Positions 24,271 to 36,749 of a stretch of DNA of 64,000 bases are shown here, in pieces. The notes beneath the pieces were generated by a model. It was not told where the DNA came from and did no database searches. It saw only the letters and a program-made list of their open reading frames with translations. The DNA comes from Pristiophorus japonicus (Eukaryota). The translations under genes were made by a program, and so were the position numbers. The stretch is from NCBI RefSeq assembly GCF_044704955.1, contig NC_091984.1:145142001-145206000 (forward strand). Reading direction: 5' to 3'. Each line of letters starts with the position of its first letter. Position 1 is the stretch's first letter.

Positions 24271-24871
24271 TGTTAGATCTCTTAATTCCCAATGAAATAC
24301 GAACTCCGACTGTAGTTTTAATGTAACTTTATTCTGGCAGCAGCAACAAGCTTCTGGCTTTAAGCCAGGCCTTTGTCCTTCTGAGACCACATGGCCAAAA
24401 TGGCTGTACTTATACCTGGTTCAATTTACAGAAAAGAACTCACCTTCTTTGACCTTATTGGCTCAATTGATAGTCTTTTAACCTTTAATTGGCTCACTAC
24501 CCAAGCTCATAAAATATCAAGTTGATTGATGACTTAATGCAACATGCTGAGTAGCACGTAGCAGCTTTGACTTGGGGTCTGTGAATTTTCACAAAACTGC
24601 AGCCAGGCTGCAGAGCTTGAATACTCTATCAATCCCCACTTTGATTCTTTCACAAACGGAATCATAAAACATCAGCTATCACTGGTTAAACATTCTACAA
24701 AATAATGTCATAAATGTTAATAGAGTATCCTTCTAAAATTTGTTGATATGTTTCGCCACATGTCCGGACTAGTAGCTTCCATACAAATTTATACCAACCC
24801 GAGTACCATCGTGGCCACAATGGAAGTCTGGTTTTAGTAGGTTAATTAACCTTATTCCAATTTAATCTAAA

Positions 24872-25852
24872 TCAATATCTTAATTCAACCAGTAAACAAC
24901 CTTCCCTTAAGCATAACATATCCCTGTGCCACGTACAGACGGTGGGACCTGCAAGGTGTCTCACATGTGGGACAGCAGCTACAGTCACTTGTTTGCAACA
25001 ACATTTAATCAACATAAACAAAAATATAAAAGTAAAATAATTACAACGACTAGAATTAAACCTTCCACCAATGAAGTTCCTATTGAACCTAGCCATTCAG
25101 TGGCTCCACTCCACAAAGTGAATGATGGGGGTTGCTTAAGTTTTTCTACCTCCTTTTGGATATGCTCCGCTAAGTGGGTAATTTCTTCGAAGCTATCAGG
25201 GATATACGTGCAACACTCAGTTCCGAGTAGGGCGCAAGTACCTCCCTTTTCAGCCAGGATGTAGTCAAGGGCCAGTCTATTCTGTAGGGCTACTGTGCGG
25301 ATTGCGATCATTTCTGCATTGATTTTAACTAAGGCCACTGAGGTATCATTGGCTACCCAGTTCCACAACGGTTGCCATGTTAATGGATTCCCTTGCCAGT
25401 TTGGCGGTCCCATACCTGGGGATCAGAATGGCAAAGAACTTCTCTGTTTCTGTGATAGCTCTCTTAGGATGGAGTAAATGTTCCGACAGTGACTCTATAT
25501 GATACATATATAGCACAATGTAGGCTAAATAGCAGGATCCCGTCCAATTCTGGGGCAGCCAAGGGTAGGCCTTGTGGCCACACACCCAATAGGTGCCATT
25601 ATAGGCAATGAAGGTTAGCTGTTTCTTTGTCAGCAACACTCCGGGACCTGTCCAGGCTTTTCCATCTGTTTTATTCAGAATCCCCGTTACGTTAAGAATT
25701 CCCACATCGGTCCAGTTTGGACGGTTCCGTGGCTTGATTATATTATAATTCCGGGAGCAGTTACTATTTCCCTTTGATGCAGAGGGTCGGCTAGTAAGAA
25801 GTAGGCCTATGCCTAGACTGCCTACAATCAGTAATACAGTAAATTTATACAT
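24872..25852 (-). pseudogene. env: ERV env, gamma-type TM, SU very short
   Basis: Signal peptide MYKFTVLLIVGSLGIGLLL; GTYWVCG..WTGSCYL; HPKR/AITE cleavage site; immunosuppressive domain LQNRLALDYILAEKGGTCALLGTECC; TM helix. Confidence 0.9.
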
Positions 25853-25876
25853 TTTGGCAAAAAGTAATTGTCCTTA

Positions 25877-28800
25877 CTAGATTTCAGCTTCAGTTACAGG
25901 TGCTCGTTTAACGTGTGAAGCGTGGATCCAGGCTTTCTTTCCTTGGACTTTAACAGCTGCCTGGGTGGTCAATAACACTTGATAAGGACCCTCCCATTTG
26001 GCACCCAAAGGTTCTTGTTGCAACTTTTTCACATACACCCAGACTCCCGGGATGATGTCATGTCCTCCTTCAGGTGGATTACCCCAAGCTGCCGATACCT
26101 GTCGGGAAACAGAACTAGTAGCATTGGTTAAGTTCTGACAGTATGATAACAAAGTGTCACTCATTAAGTGAACATCAGCTTTCCTTAAATCACTAGATCC
26201 TGGCAGCGACATGGGTCTTCCTGTTATAATTTCAAATGGGCTTAGACCTGTAGTTCTGTTCGGGGTTGCCCTAATGCTACATAGCACTATTGGTAGTGCC
26301 TGGGGCCATGGTGTTACTTCTTGGTGATATTTGGCAAGCCGTTGTTTCAGAGTTCGATTCATTTGCTCTACTTGTCCTGATGATTGTGGATGATAAGGAC
26401 AGTGTAAATCCTACGTAATGTTCAGTAACCTACAGACTTCTTGGCAGACAGCACCTGTGAAGTGTGTTCCCTGATCTGAGTCAAGGCTAATTGGGACTCC
26501 CCATCGGGGAATGTAATCCTTACATAAGACCTTTGCAATGTGATTGCCTGTGGCTCTTTTAGTTGGGACAGCTTCTACCCATCTAGAGAATCTGTCGACC
26601 ATGACAAGAATGTTAGTGTATCCTTGGAATGAAGGAAGAGGTATATAATCAACCTGCAGATGCTGGAATGGTCTGACAGGGGCAGGGAGCCTCAGTTGGG
26701 GCATTACCGTGATGGGTCCAGAATTATTTTTCTGGCACACCACACAGCGGTCTACTACCAGCTGGGCATGTTTTTTAAATCCCCGACCCCACCAGCTTTT
26801 CTGGAACCATGCCGTCATCTGTTGTGAGGCCAAGTGTCCCCACGAGTGGATCTGTTGGGCTAAAAAAGGCATAAGCGCTTGTGGCGCGACTGGCTTATCG
26901 GTAACTCTTTGTCTTCAGACACCATCTTCATATAGCTTAATTCCTGCCTCAATCCATGTCCATTTTTCCTCTCGGGAGCGCTCGCCTTGCATTGTTTGAA
27001 GGTCTCATGTCAGAGTCCTGAGTGCTTTCAATCTGCACTCCTGTGTTGGTTCTTCTGGAGGAACGTCCTGTGAGGCAGCATCTTTAGCTGCCTGGTCGGC
27101 TAGGGCATTTCCCTGAGCTTCTGTGGTATTTTCCTTGGTATGGGCTTTACACTTCAGGATGGACACTTCCTGAGGTAATTGTATGGCCTCTAGTAAGTCT
27201 CGGACTTCTTTTCCATTTCGGATAGGTGTACCAGCAGCAGTGAGGAATCCCCTTTTCCGCCACAGCAGACCAAAGTCGTGGGCGACTCCAAAAGCATAAC
27301 GTGAATCTGTGTAGACATTAGCTGTCTGTCCTTCTGCTATTCAACATGCTTCTGACAGGGCCAGTAACTCGGCCTGTTGTGCTGACATTCCTGAGGATAA
27401 ACATCCTTTTGCCAGTACCTCATATAAGGTTGTAACTGCCCATCCTGCTTTTCTGGTACCATTGTCAACAAAGGAGGAACCATCTGTAAACAAGATGAGG
27501 TCTGGGTTGTGCAGAGGGTCCTCTGCTGCTAAGGCTGCTTCTTCTGTTTCTTTTAAAATCTCCACGCAGTCATGCTCTTCACATTCCCCCCCCTCTTGCT
27601 CCCTCGATTCTGACATCGGGAGCATAGTTGTGGGATTAACTGGGCTGGCCCGGATGATACGGAGATTAGGAGCTTCCAAAACTGCAGTCCAGCGGGTCCA
27701 TCTAGCTGCCGTCACCTGAGACATTCTATTCATAGACAGCAAAGCATGTATGGTGTGGGGACACTTGACAATCAGCTTTTGGTCGAGAACTAGACCCGCA
27801 ATGATCATTACCGCTCGATATGTAGCTTCCATAGCCCTTAGGCAACTTCCCCATCCGAGGGCTACCGCATCCATTTTTGCCGAATAATAGCCAATAGGTC
27901 TTTGCCGATCCCCATGTTCTTGTGTCAGTATAGCTGTCATAGATCCTTCTTTGTCATGGACAAACAGGGTAAATGGCTTATCACTGTCGGGGATTCCCAG
28001 AGCCGTTGCCGAACACAAAGCCTTTTTCAAACTCAGGAAGGCCTCTTGTTGTTCCTTAATGAGGGTGATGGCTTCTTTAGAAACACCTTTCTCCCTTAAG
28101 ATATCATTCAATGGCTGAGCAAGCTGTGTGAAGGAGTCAATCCAATTTCTGTTAAAGTTACACAATCCCAAAAAAGACCTTAGTTGCTGAATAGTGGTGG
28201 GTTTTTTAGCAGCCTGATTGGCTGCAGTTATATCCTGGGTAAGTTCTCTCTTTCCTTGTGAAATCTTTTGTCCCAGGTATACAACCTCTTCTTGGGATAT
28301 TTGTGCTTTGTCGATGCTGGCTTTATGTCCTTTCAGCCAAAGGTGGTCCAGCAAAGCTCGTAAATCTTGTTCATGTTGTTCTTCCGTGTTTGAAGCTAGC
28401 AGGATATTGTCTACATATTGGATGACTGTGGATGACAGGGGAGGTAATTCTCGCAAATGGCTTTGTAAAGCCATGTGAAATACCGTAGGGCTGTTGTGGA
28501 AACCCTGCGGTAACCGGGTCCAAGTATACTGTTGTCCTTGGACCGTGAAAGCAAACCAGAGGCACCGACCAAAATCCGTTGGCCATATCTATAACTGAGA
28601 AATATTTATGTTCCGGTTTGAGGGCATTAAAAATGGTGGAGGGATCTGCGACCAAAGGAGCTTTTTGATCAATACACTGGTTAGCTTTCCTATAATCGAC
28701 AGTCAAACGCCAAGTCTCATTAGATTTCTGTACCGGCCACATGGGGCTATTGGAGGAGCTATGCATTTTAATAAGCACCCCTTGTTTCTCCAATTGCTGA

Positions 28801-29342
28801 ATAACAGGTAAGATTCCCGTGATGGCAGTTGGACTGATGGGATACTGTTTAGTGCATGGAGGCTTGGTCCTGGTAAATGACACAGGCTCCATCTGGAGTT
28901 GGCCACAATCGTTCTTATCTTTAGCCCATATCGGGTGTTCCTTCAATTCTTCTTTCTTCAAAGTTCTAATTGACCATGTCACCCGACCATCCTCGAAATG
29001 CAACGATGAATCTACTTGGATTAGAACGTCCATTCCCAAAAGGGGCTGATCTACTGGGCCTATCCAGACCGGCCTGGTTAGTTCATGTGGACCCAGCCCT
29101 ATAAGTACCGGTATTGTCCTTTTAATTTCCATTTTATGGCTCCCAACTCCTTAGACTGTACGTGCCCTACCATCCAACGACAAAAAGTCTCCATATTGTA
29201 GGGGTAAGCATGTTAATTCCGCCCCTGTGTCTAAAAGACAGTCCACATCCTTATCGCCCACCCTCACAGTTATATATAGCCCATCTCCCCTTTGTTGAAT
29301 TAGTGCGAGGAGGTGGACCAGGGTGGGCTCTAATCGTTTTTT
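25877..29342 (-). pseudogene. pol: ERV pro-pol (protease, RT, tether, RNase H, integrase)
   Basis: LLDTGA; IDMANGFWSVP; LPQGFHNSP; QYVDN (YVDD mutated); FTDGSS...SAQQAEL; HLQVDY, DSDQGTHFT; WEGPYQVLL. Confidence 0.93.
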
Positions 29343-30899
29343 GCTATCCCAAGTAACTCCTTCTGTTGTTGTATTGTCAGTCGCTTAAATGCTTCTATGA
29401 GGTCGGTATTTTGTGACAAGCCTGGTTTGTTGGCTGAATTGTATCCCTGGCTGTGTCCTCTTTCCCGGCCGCGACCTTGCTATTTTGCCCTGCACGTCTT
29501 GGCCCAGTGACCTTCTTTCCCACAATAATGACATTTTCCCGGTAATTTTCCTTATAAATATTTATCGGAATCCTGTGATTTCCATCCCATAGCCTGTACA
29601 GCTCGGACTTTAGCTCCCATATCCCGATCTAATTGGTTACATCGATCCACCAATGCTGCAAAGGTAGTTCCTCTACCTTCCCAGTCCGGTAACACTACCT
29701 TAAGCATTTTGGACAGTTCTGGCTTTTAACCTGCCACGAAAGCTGCTTTCAGGGGTCCAAACACTTGTTCATCCATTTCCTCATCCATATTATTCATACC
29801 CGAATGCCGAATGTTCTAGCCACGTGCATCTAAACCGCTCGGCAAACTCCAGGACCTCCTCTGTTCCTTTCTGTTGGCAGGCTGCAATTTTTTCCCAGTC
29901 TGTCTTAGCTGGACTGAAGGCTTGCAGCCAGTGTTTAATCGCCTCCCACCCTGTGTCTAATTCTTGCTCATCCTGCCCCAAAGCTTCTTCTATCTTGTCG
30001 TGCAATTTTCTTCCCTGTGTTTTTGGCACCATTATGGTCAAAATTTGCACTCCGTCCCAGGGATGACGTTGATATATATTTCTTAAGCGGTCCAATTGGT
30101 CCCACGTTTTTACTCCCCCTTTCTTTGGATTGGGCAATTCCTTGGACCTTTTATCAATTTTCTCTGGGTCTGCCGGATCATGAACTAAATATTCTGCATA
30201 CCCACTTTTCTTCGTTTTTTTGGTTCCGCCCTCATCCACAGTCTCTTCTGATTTGACTACAACTCGTCTTTTTTTAAATGGGGCAAAGCGCACCCCTAAT
30301 TCTTCATCCTCCGACCCTGTATCTTCGGAGGATTCAGAATTCGTATCAATTCCTTGGTCGTGTCTTCGGGTTTGCTCTTTTAATTTATCCAAACATGGGT
30401 ACCCTGGGAATTGACCGATACATTTTCCTTTTCCTATTACTGTCTCTTGACCGAATGATTTTTTCCATTCTTTAATTTCACCTTTAAGATCTTTAACTTC
30501 CGCTTCCGATTTTTCAAGTTCAAGTCTTGTCTGTCGCAGCTGTGCACAAACAGCTTGCAATTGGTCCTTTGTACTGGTCAGTTCATCATCATGTTGGGAA
30601 CGCATTATAATTTCATTCCGCTTTCGGATCTGTCCCATAACGGCTAGGGACCATCTAGTTTGCTCTTTATTTTTCATACGGGTCGTTTTCCCCCAGACCC
30701 TTTTAATCTCGTCCAAGGACCATTGTCCTTTGGAGGTACCGTATTTTTGTTCGATCTTAATATGGGTTTTAGATAAGTTGAATTGTTGCTCTATGTATTC
30801 TTTCAACTGTTGGAGGATTTCATCTTTCGAAACCTCAGATGGTGCCTGCCCGCCTTTAACAGTTGTAGGCAATTCTTTGCTCTTATCTCCTGCTGCCAT
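29330..30899 (-). pseudogene. gag: ERV gag
   Basis: 369-aa ORF with an MHR-like QQKGTEEVLEFAERF; zinc knuckle CHYCGKEGHWAKTC near 29490-29535; ends GCA AAA AAC GAT TAG. Confidence 0.88.
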
Positions 30900-32444
30900 A
30901 ATACTGATTTCTTTACTGGGGTCTCGAGTCGTAGGCTTTCCAGCCGATGTGTGGGTCGGTGATTAATTAACTAACACAACGCCGAAGTTAGATGTCTATG
31001 GGACCTCGAGCCGACTACCAACCGGAGGGTTCACAAACCGGAGGCTTTTGGAATCGCGTCGAAGGAGAGGCAAATTTAGACTTTTGACCGAGGACTTTTA
31101 TAAAGAGGCATCCTTACCTCAGTATGTCGGTCCGATGTCCAAAATTCAGTTTCTTCCCTCAGCGATCGTGTTCGTGATGCCAGAATTGTTTGATCTCTTA
31201 TTTCCCAATGAAATACGAACTCCGGTTGTCGTTTTAATGTAACTTTATTCTGGCACCAGCAACAAGCTTCTAGCCAAAATGGCTGTACTTATACCTGGTT
31301 CAATTTACAGAAAAAAACTCGCCTTCTTTGACCTTATTGGCTCAATTGATAGTCTTTTAACCTTTAATTGGCTCGCTACCCAAGGTCCTAAAATGTCAAG
31401 TTGATTGATGACTTAATGCAACATGCTGAGTTGCACGTAACAGCTTTGACTTGGGGTCTGTGAATTTTCACAAAACTGCAGTCAGGCTGCAGAGCTTGAA
31501 TTCTCTATCAGTTACCCTCACAGCTCGAAGGCTGCTTGCTGTGTCTTCGGCTGCCATTGAGTCACTGAGGCCGCCCCTGTCTCCAACATGGAAGGAAGGC
31601 CTGCCTGAAGCACCGCAGCTCGAAGGCTGCTGCTGCTTCACACAGGTGGGAATATTCAATATTTTGTATTTGCTTTGTTTATAATTTTTTATTCGGGCTG
31701 GCTCTTTATTTGTATAAGTAAGACTGTTGAATGCTTGTAGAATTTAATTACTTCCCTCCTTCCCCCCACCATTCCCTAAGCCTGATTTTTCACCTACGCC
31801 TGATTTCTAAAGTGTAGATAAGGTTGTTCTGAGCAGACAAAAATCTACACTTGCTCCATTCTAAGTTAGTTTGGAGTAAGTTTTCACTGCCTAAACTTTC
31901 AAAACAGGCGTAAGTGGCCACACATGCCCCCTTTTGGAAAAAAAAATCTGTTCCAAAATGAAACTGTTCCAACTCACTGGAACTGGAGCAAATTAAATGC
32001 CGAGAATTGCAATTTCTAAGATACTCCATTCTAAACCAGTTGCTCCAAAAAAAAGGAGCAACTCGAGTGGAAAGTTGACCCCTCAGTCTTTGAGTATATT
32101 CAAGACGGAGATCGATAGATTTTTCGATATTAAGAGAATCGAGGGATATGGGGATAGTGCAGGAAAGTGGAGTTGAGGTAGAAGATCAGCCATGATCTCA
32201 TTGAATGGCGGAGCAGGCTCGAGGGGCCGAATGGCCTACACCGGCTCGGGAGGGGCAGAGGGGATGGGAGGGGGAAGGAGGGGCTTGTGAGGTAGGGGGG
32301 CAGGGAGGTGGGGATGGAGTGGGGGCTGAGTTGGGATCGGGAGGCTGAGGGATGTGGTGTGAGGAGGGCGGGAGTGAGGGAGGGAGGCGGGGGAGTGGCT
32401 CGAGGTGGGGGTGGGGAGAATGGCTCGGTGGGGCGAGGGTAGAG

Positions 32445-32870
32445 ACTGACATCGGCTTCCAGTTCAGCAACGCCTCAATTTTAAAAATTCTCATCTTTTT
32501 TTCAAATCCCTCCATGACCTCACCCCTCCCTATCTCTGTAATCTCCTCCAGCCCCACAATCCCCCGAGATGTCTATGCTCCTCTAATTCTGCCCTCCTGA
32601 GCATCCCTGATTATAATCACTCAACCATTGGTGGCCGTGCCTTCTGTTGCCGAGACCCCAAGCTCTGAAACTCTCTCCCTAAACCTCTCTGCCTCTCTAA
32701 CTCTATTTCCTCCTTCAAGACGATCCTTAAAACATACCTCTTTGGTCACCGACACTAATTTCTTCTTATGTGACTCGGTGTCAAATTTTGTATCTCATAA
32801 TACTCCTGGGAAGTGCCTTGGGACGTTTCACTACGTTAAAGGCGCTATATAAATACAAGTTGTTGTTGTT
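32445..32870 (+). mobile_element. L2-clade LINE 3' end
   Basis: Reverse-complement match to 6760-6950; ends ggcgctatataaatacaagttgttgttgtt. Confidence 0.8.
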
Positions 32871-32940
32871 GAATTAGGCAAAATCTGGTATTCTGGATGT
32901 CACTGCTCCTTTTCACGCCCTCTCCAAAGCACGCACAGCA

Positions 32941-35592
32941 AATGTAACGCCCCTATTTAAAAAAGGAGGGAGACAGAAAGCAGGAAACGATAGACCAGTT
33001 AGCCTAACATCTGTGGTTGGGAAAATGCTGGAGCCCATTATTAAGGAAGCAGTAGCAGGACATTTGGAAAAGCGTAGTTCAATCAAGCAGAGTCAGCACG
33101 GTTTTATGAAAGGGAAATCATGTTTGACAAATTTGCTGGAATTCTTTGAGGCTGTAACGAGCAGGGTGGATAAAGGGGAACCAGTGGATGTGGTGTATTT
33201 GGATTTCCAGAAGGCATTCGATACGGTGCCACATAAAAGGCACAAGATAAAAGTTCATGGAGTTGGGGGTAATATATTAGCATGGATAGAGAATTGGCTA
33301 ACTAACAGAAAACAGGGAGTTGGGATAAATGGGTCATTTTCCCATTGGAAACGGTAACTAGTGGAGTGCCGCATGGATCAGTGCTGGGCCTCATCGATTT
33401 ACAATCGACATTAATGACTTAGATGAAGGTGCCGAGTGTAATGTAGCCAAGTTTGCTGATGATACAAAGAAGGACGTTGAGCTATCCAACAAACACTATC
33501 ACACATTACACCAAACAAATGAAAAAGTAAGGGAGGAAATTGAGAAAGTGATAGCCCTTCCAAAATGTGATTTGGGATTCAATATTCAGATTCTCCCCTG
33601 GGTTCGAATTGTGTCTCATGCATTAGCCATTGTATAGTTGGTTATAGTGGTGTAACTATTTATTTTATCCTGTAAGTTAAAAGTGAATACAAAGAAAAGG
33701 AATCTTGAAGGGTTGTTAAGATGAACCAAAGCCAAAGTGTTTGGATATAAAACTGAAGTCAGATCAAGGCCGAATATTTTTGTTATAAAAGTGTTGGTTT
33801 GTCGGGAAAAAGTACTGCTTTTTTGATGTAAAAAAATAATTTTTGACTGAGACTGCAATACACCCAAAAAGAGCTCATGAAAAAAGAAGAATTCCACAAA
33901 TAATGTCTCTAGTTTTAAATGTACGAAACATTAAAGGAGGGAGTGTAAGATGACGAATCTTCAGAAAGCACAGAAGGAGACGATGAACTAAAGATTAATA
34001 CTAGCTTTTGGAATTTAATACAAGCTTTTGGAATGAAGCTGGATAATTAAGGACATTCTTGGTCAGGAACCAAAACTGACTTCATGCATAACAAGAATGG
34101 AGTTGTTACGTGAGGCCCTGAACTTGATTGACCAGGGTGGGGAAAACAAGCTCACTGGAGACACCAAACCTGTAAAAAGACTGGACAACAAAGGAACCAC
34201 ACTAGGTACACATTTTTTGAGACGAGGTGTTAAGATGAGAAATCAACTTGAGCCTTGCAGACTCAGTGTGCAACTGGGAAAACAGATGTGTCCATTATTG
34301 CAGTCAATCACCCAAGGGGACCACAATCAAATGTATCTATGTAAGCACTTTATCAGAAACTGCAGTGGCAGGACATCAGTCATAACCTGGATATAAATAT
34401 GCGAGCTAGAAGTAGCTCTGCAGAATACGGATGAAGGAAAGAAACAGACGGAAGAAGAAGCACACGTGTACAGATGGACACAGGTCGAAAGAATGAACAG
34501 ACAAACGGACGGAAGGATGTGGTGTAAACGGAGGGAACAGCACTGCAGAGAATGACCAGAAGCACAACCAACCGGGCACAGAACCAATGACCACAAACTT
34601 ACAATAGATACAGCCAGGGAGGGTGATTGTATGTCTTCAGTCAATTTCTAAGAATCAGAGTAGATTGAAAAACAATCACCCTATAATACAAAGATGGGTG
34701 GGAAAGCAAATTGTGAGGAGGACACAAATAGTTTGTAAAGGGATATAGACCAGCTAAGTGAATGGGCAAAAATTTGGCAGATAGAGTATAATGTGGGAAA
34801 ATGTGAGGCTTTGCACTTTGGCAGAAAGAATAGAAAAGAAAATTCATTTTCAAATGGAGAAAGATTGCAACCTGCTGCAGTACAGAGGGACCTTGTGCAT
34901 GAAACACAAAAAGTTAGTATGTGGGTAAAGCAATAATCAGGAAGGCAAATTGTATGTTGGCCTTTATTGCAAGGGGGATAGAGTATAAAAGCAGAGAAAT
35001 CCTGCTACAACTGTACAGGGTATTGGTGAGGCCACACCTGGAGTACTGCGTACAGTTTTGGTCACCATACTTAAGAAAGGATAGACCTGCATTGGAGGCA
35101 GTTCAGAGAAGGTTCACTAGGTTGATTCTGGAGATGAGGGGGTTGACTTATGAGGATAGGTTGAGTAGGTTAGGCCGATAATCATTGGAGTACAGAAGAA
35201 TGAGAGGTGATTTTATCGAAACATATCAGATAATGAAGGGGCGACAAGGTGGATGCAGTGAGGATATTTCCACTCAGAAGGGAAACTAGTACTAGGGGTC
35301 ATAGTCTCAGAATAAAGGGCCGTCCATTTAAAACTCAGTTGAGGAGGAATTTCTTCTCTCAGAGGCTTGTAAATCTGTGGAATTCTCTGCCCCAGAGAGC
35401 TGTGGAGGCTGGGTGATTGAATATATTTAAGGTCGAGATAAATTTTTGAGTGATAAGGAAATAAAGGGTTATGGGGAGCGGGCAGGGAAGTGGAGCTGAG
35501 TCCATGATCAGATCAGCCATGATCTTATTAAATCACGGAGCAGGCTCGAGGGGCCAGGTGGCCTACTCCTGCTCCAATTTCTTATGTTCTTA
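32941..35592 (+). mobile_element. CR1 LINE RT to 3' tail, split by a 1.2-kb insertion
   Basis: SQHGFMKGKSCLTNL; FADDTK|MGGK rejoins across 33470/34695; LYRVLVRPHLEYCVQFWSP; cttatgttct tail. Confidence 0.92.
33471..34685 (+). mobile_element. Fragment of a third long-LTR retroelement (env C-terminus, polypurine tract, partial LTR)
   Basis: KHYHTLHQ..EEIEKV..P..NIQILPWVRIVSHALAIV*LVIVV*LFILSC aligns with the env end at 10455-10640; aaaggagggag-TGTAAG at 33944; flanked by ATACAAAGA duplication. Confidence 0.65.
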
Positions 35593-35910
35593 ACCCTTAA
35601 TTCCCTTACCCAACAGGGCGCTGATGATGCCGGAGAACCAGCCTGAGCCTCAGATTCTAAACTGCCCACTGCAACACTGGACTGAGACGCAGAGGGAGCA
35701 GAGTGTGTGCAAAGTGGTGACTGGCTGGTCCCCTGGTCCCCTGAGACCACTCCAGTCCGCGACCTCCCGCCCCCAGTCCTCCACAACCCTGGTCTCCCCG
35801 GGTGCCCTGTCCTTCCAGGGGCCCTCCCGATTGCGTCGGTCCCCCAGTTCCACACAAGTTCAGGCCTCGATCACCCCCACCCCCATCCCCTACCGACCCT
35901 CCAGCACTCT

Positions 35911-36065
35911 NNNNNNNNNNNNNNNNNNNNNNNNNNNNNNNNNNNNNNNNNNNNNNNNNNNNNNNNNNNNNNNNNNNNNNNNNNNNNNNNNNNNNNNNNN
36001 NNNNNNNNNNNNNNNNNNNNNNNNNNNNNNNNNNNNNNNNNNNNNNNNNNNNNNNNNNNNNNNNN
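35911..36065. other. Assembly gap (N run)
   Basis: 155 N bases. Confidence 1.
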
Positions 36066-36066
36066 A

Positions 36067-36240
36067 CAGTCACACACACACACCTGCAGGCGGTTCTGGG
36101 TAACAGTCGCACATACTCACACACAAACACACCGACAGGCGGTGCTGGGTAACAATCACACACACACAAACACACCGACAGGCGGTGCTGGGTAACAATC
36201 ACACACACACACACACACCTACAGGCGGTGCTGGGTAAGC
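36067..36240. repeat. CA-rich tandem repeat of about 45 bp (cacaccgacaggcggtgctgggtaacaatcacac), 4 copies next to the gap
   Basis: Direct repetition; probably the cause of the gap. Confidence 0.85.
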
Positions 36241-36743
36241 CACACTTACACTCAGGGACATGTACACGGTGATACAGTGACTGCTCCTCTCCCTAAACTG
36301 AGGCCTCACTCGGTACAGTTTTGTGCTGCTGCCACGAGCCACACGTTAAGGAGAGAGAATGCAACGTTGTGACTGTGGCCTCCTGCCCCCAGATTGCCCC
36401 CAGCAGTCAGCACAAGTGCACAGTGCGATCCCACCATCGGGGGCTGCCCCAACACCCCCAGTGTGCAGAGTGAGAACCAATGCTCAGACTGGGAGGGTTT
36501 AATCCCAGCAGCTTTTTGTGTCTCTGTGTTTAATCTTGTGCACTCCAGGGGTTCGAGGTCAAATTGATCGTTTTAAAATGATTGATAATTGGCTTTGAAG
36601 CAAATCTCCTGCTGACTTGCCATTGATTGACAGCCCACCCAGCCAATCAGGACAGACACTTACTGAAATGCAGCCAATCCAGCTGAGGGGGAGGTGGGAC
36701 ATTTCCAAAGCACTCGCCAGACACAGACTGAATATTCTTCACG

Positions 36744-36749
36744 TTTATT
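36744..36749 (-). terminator. Candidate polyadenylation signal of the kappa C transcript
   Basis: First AATAAA-like signals on the minus strand downstream of the stop (TTTATT at about 36839 and 36744). Confidence 0.4.

Larger units (their letters stand above)
24271..31510 (-). mobile_element. Endogenous retrovirus, full LTR-gag-pol-env-LTR provirus, defective
   Basis: LTRs 31187-31510 and 24271-24631 (TG...CA); 5-bp TSD GTTAC; PBS TGGCATCACGAACACGAT resembling the tRNA-Ser(CGA) 3' end; polypurine tract before the 3' LTR. Confidence 0.96.
19829..32082. mobile_element. PIF/Harbinger DNA transposon with convergent Myb/SANT and transposase genes; contains a nested ERV
   Basis: TIRs CGGGTCAAGTTTC (19829) and GAAAGTTGACCCC (ends 32082); 3-bp TSD TCA on both sides. 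Confidence 0.92.
19595..32240 (+). mobile_element. CR1 3' fragment split by the Harbinger insertion (halves 19595-19828 and 32083-32240)
   Basis: gagggctgtggagtc-TCA joins TCA-gtctttgagtatattcaagac to rebuild a continuous CR1 3' end. Confidence 0.85.

Noticed and set aside
35624-36214. ORFs spanning the N run
   Set aside because: Artefacts of the assembly gap
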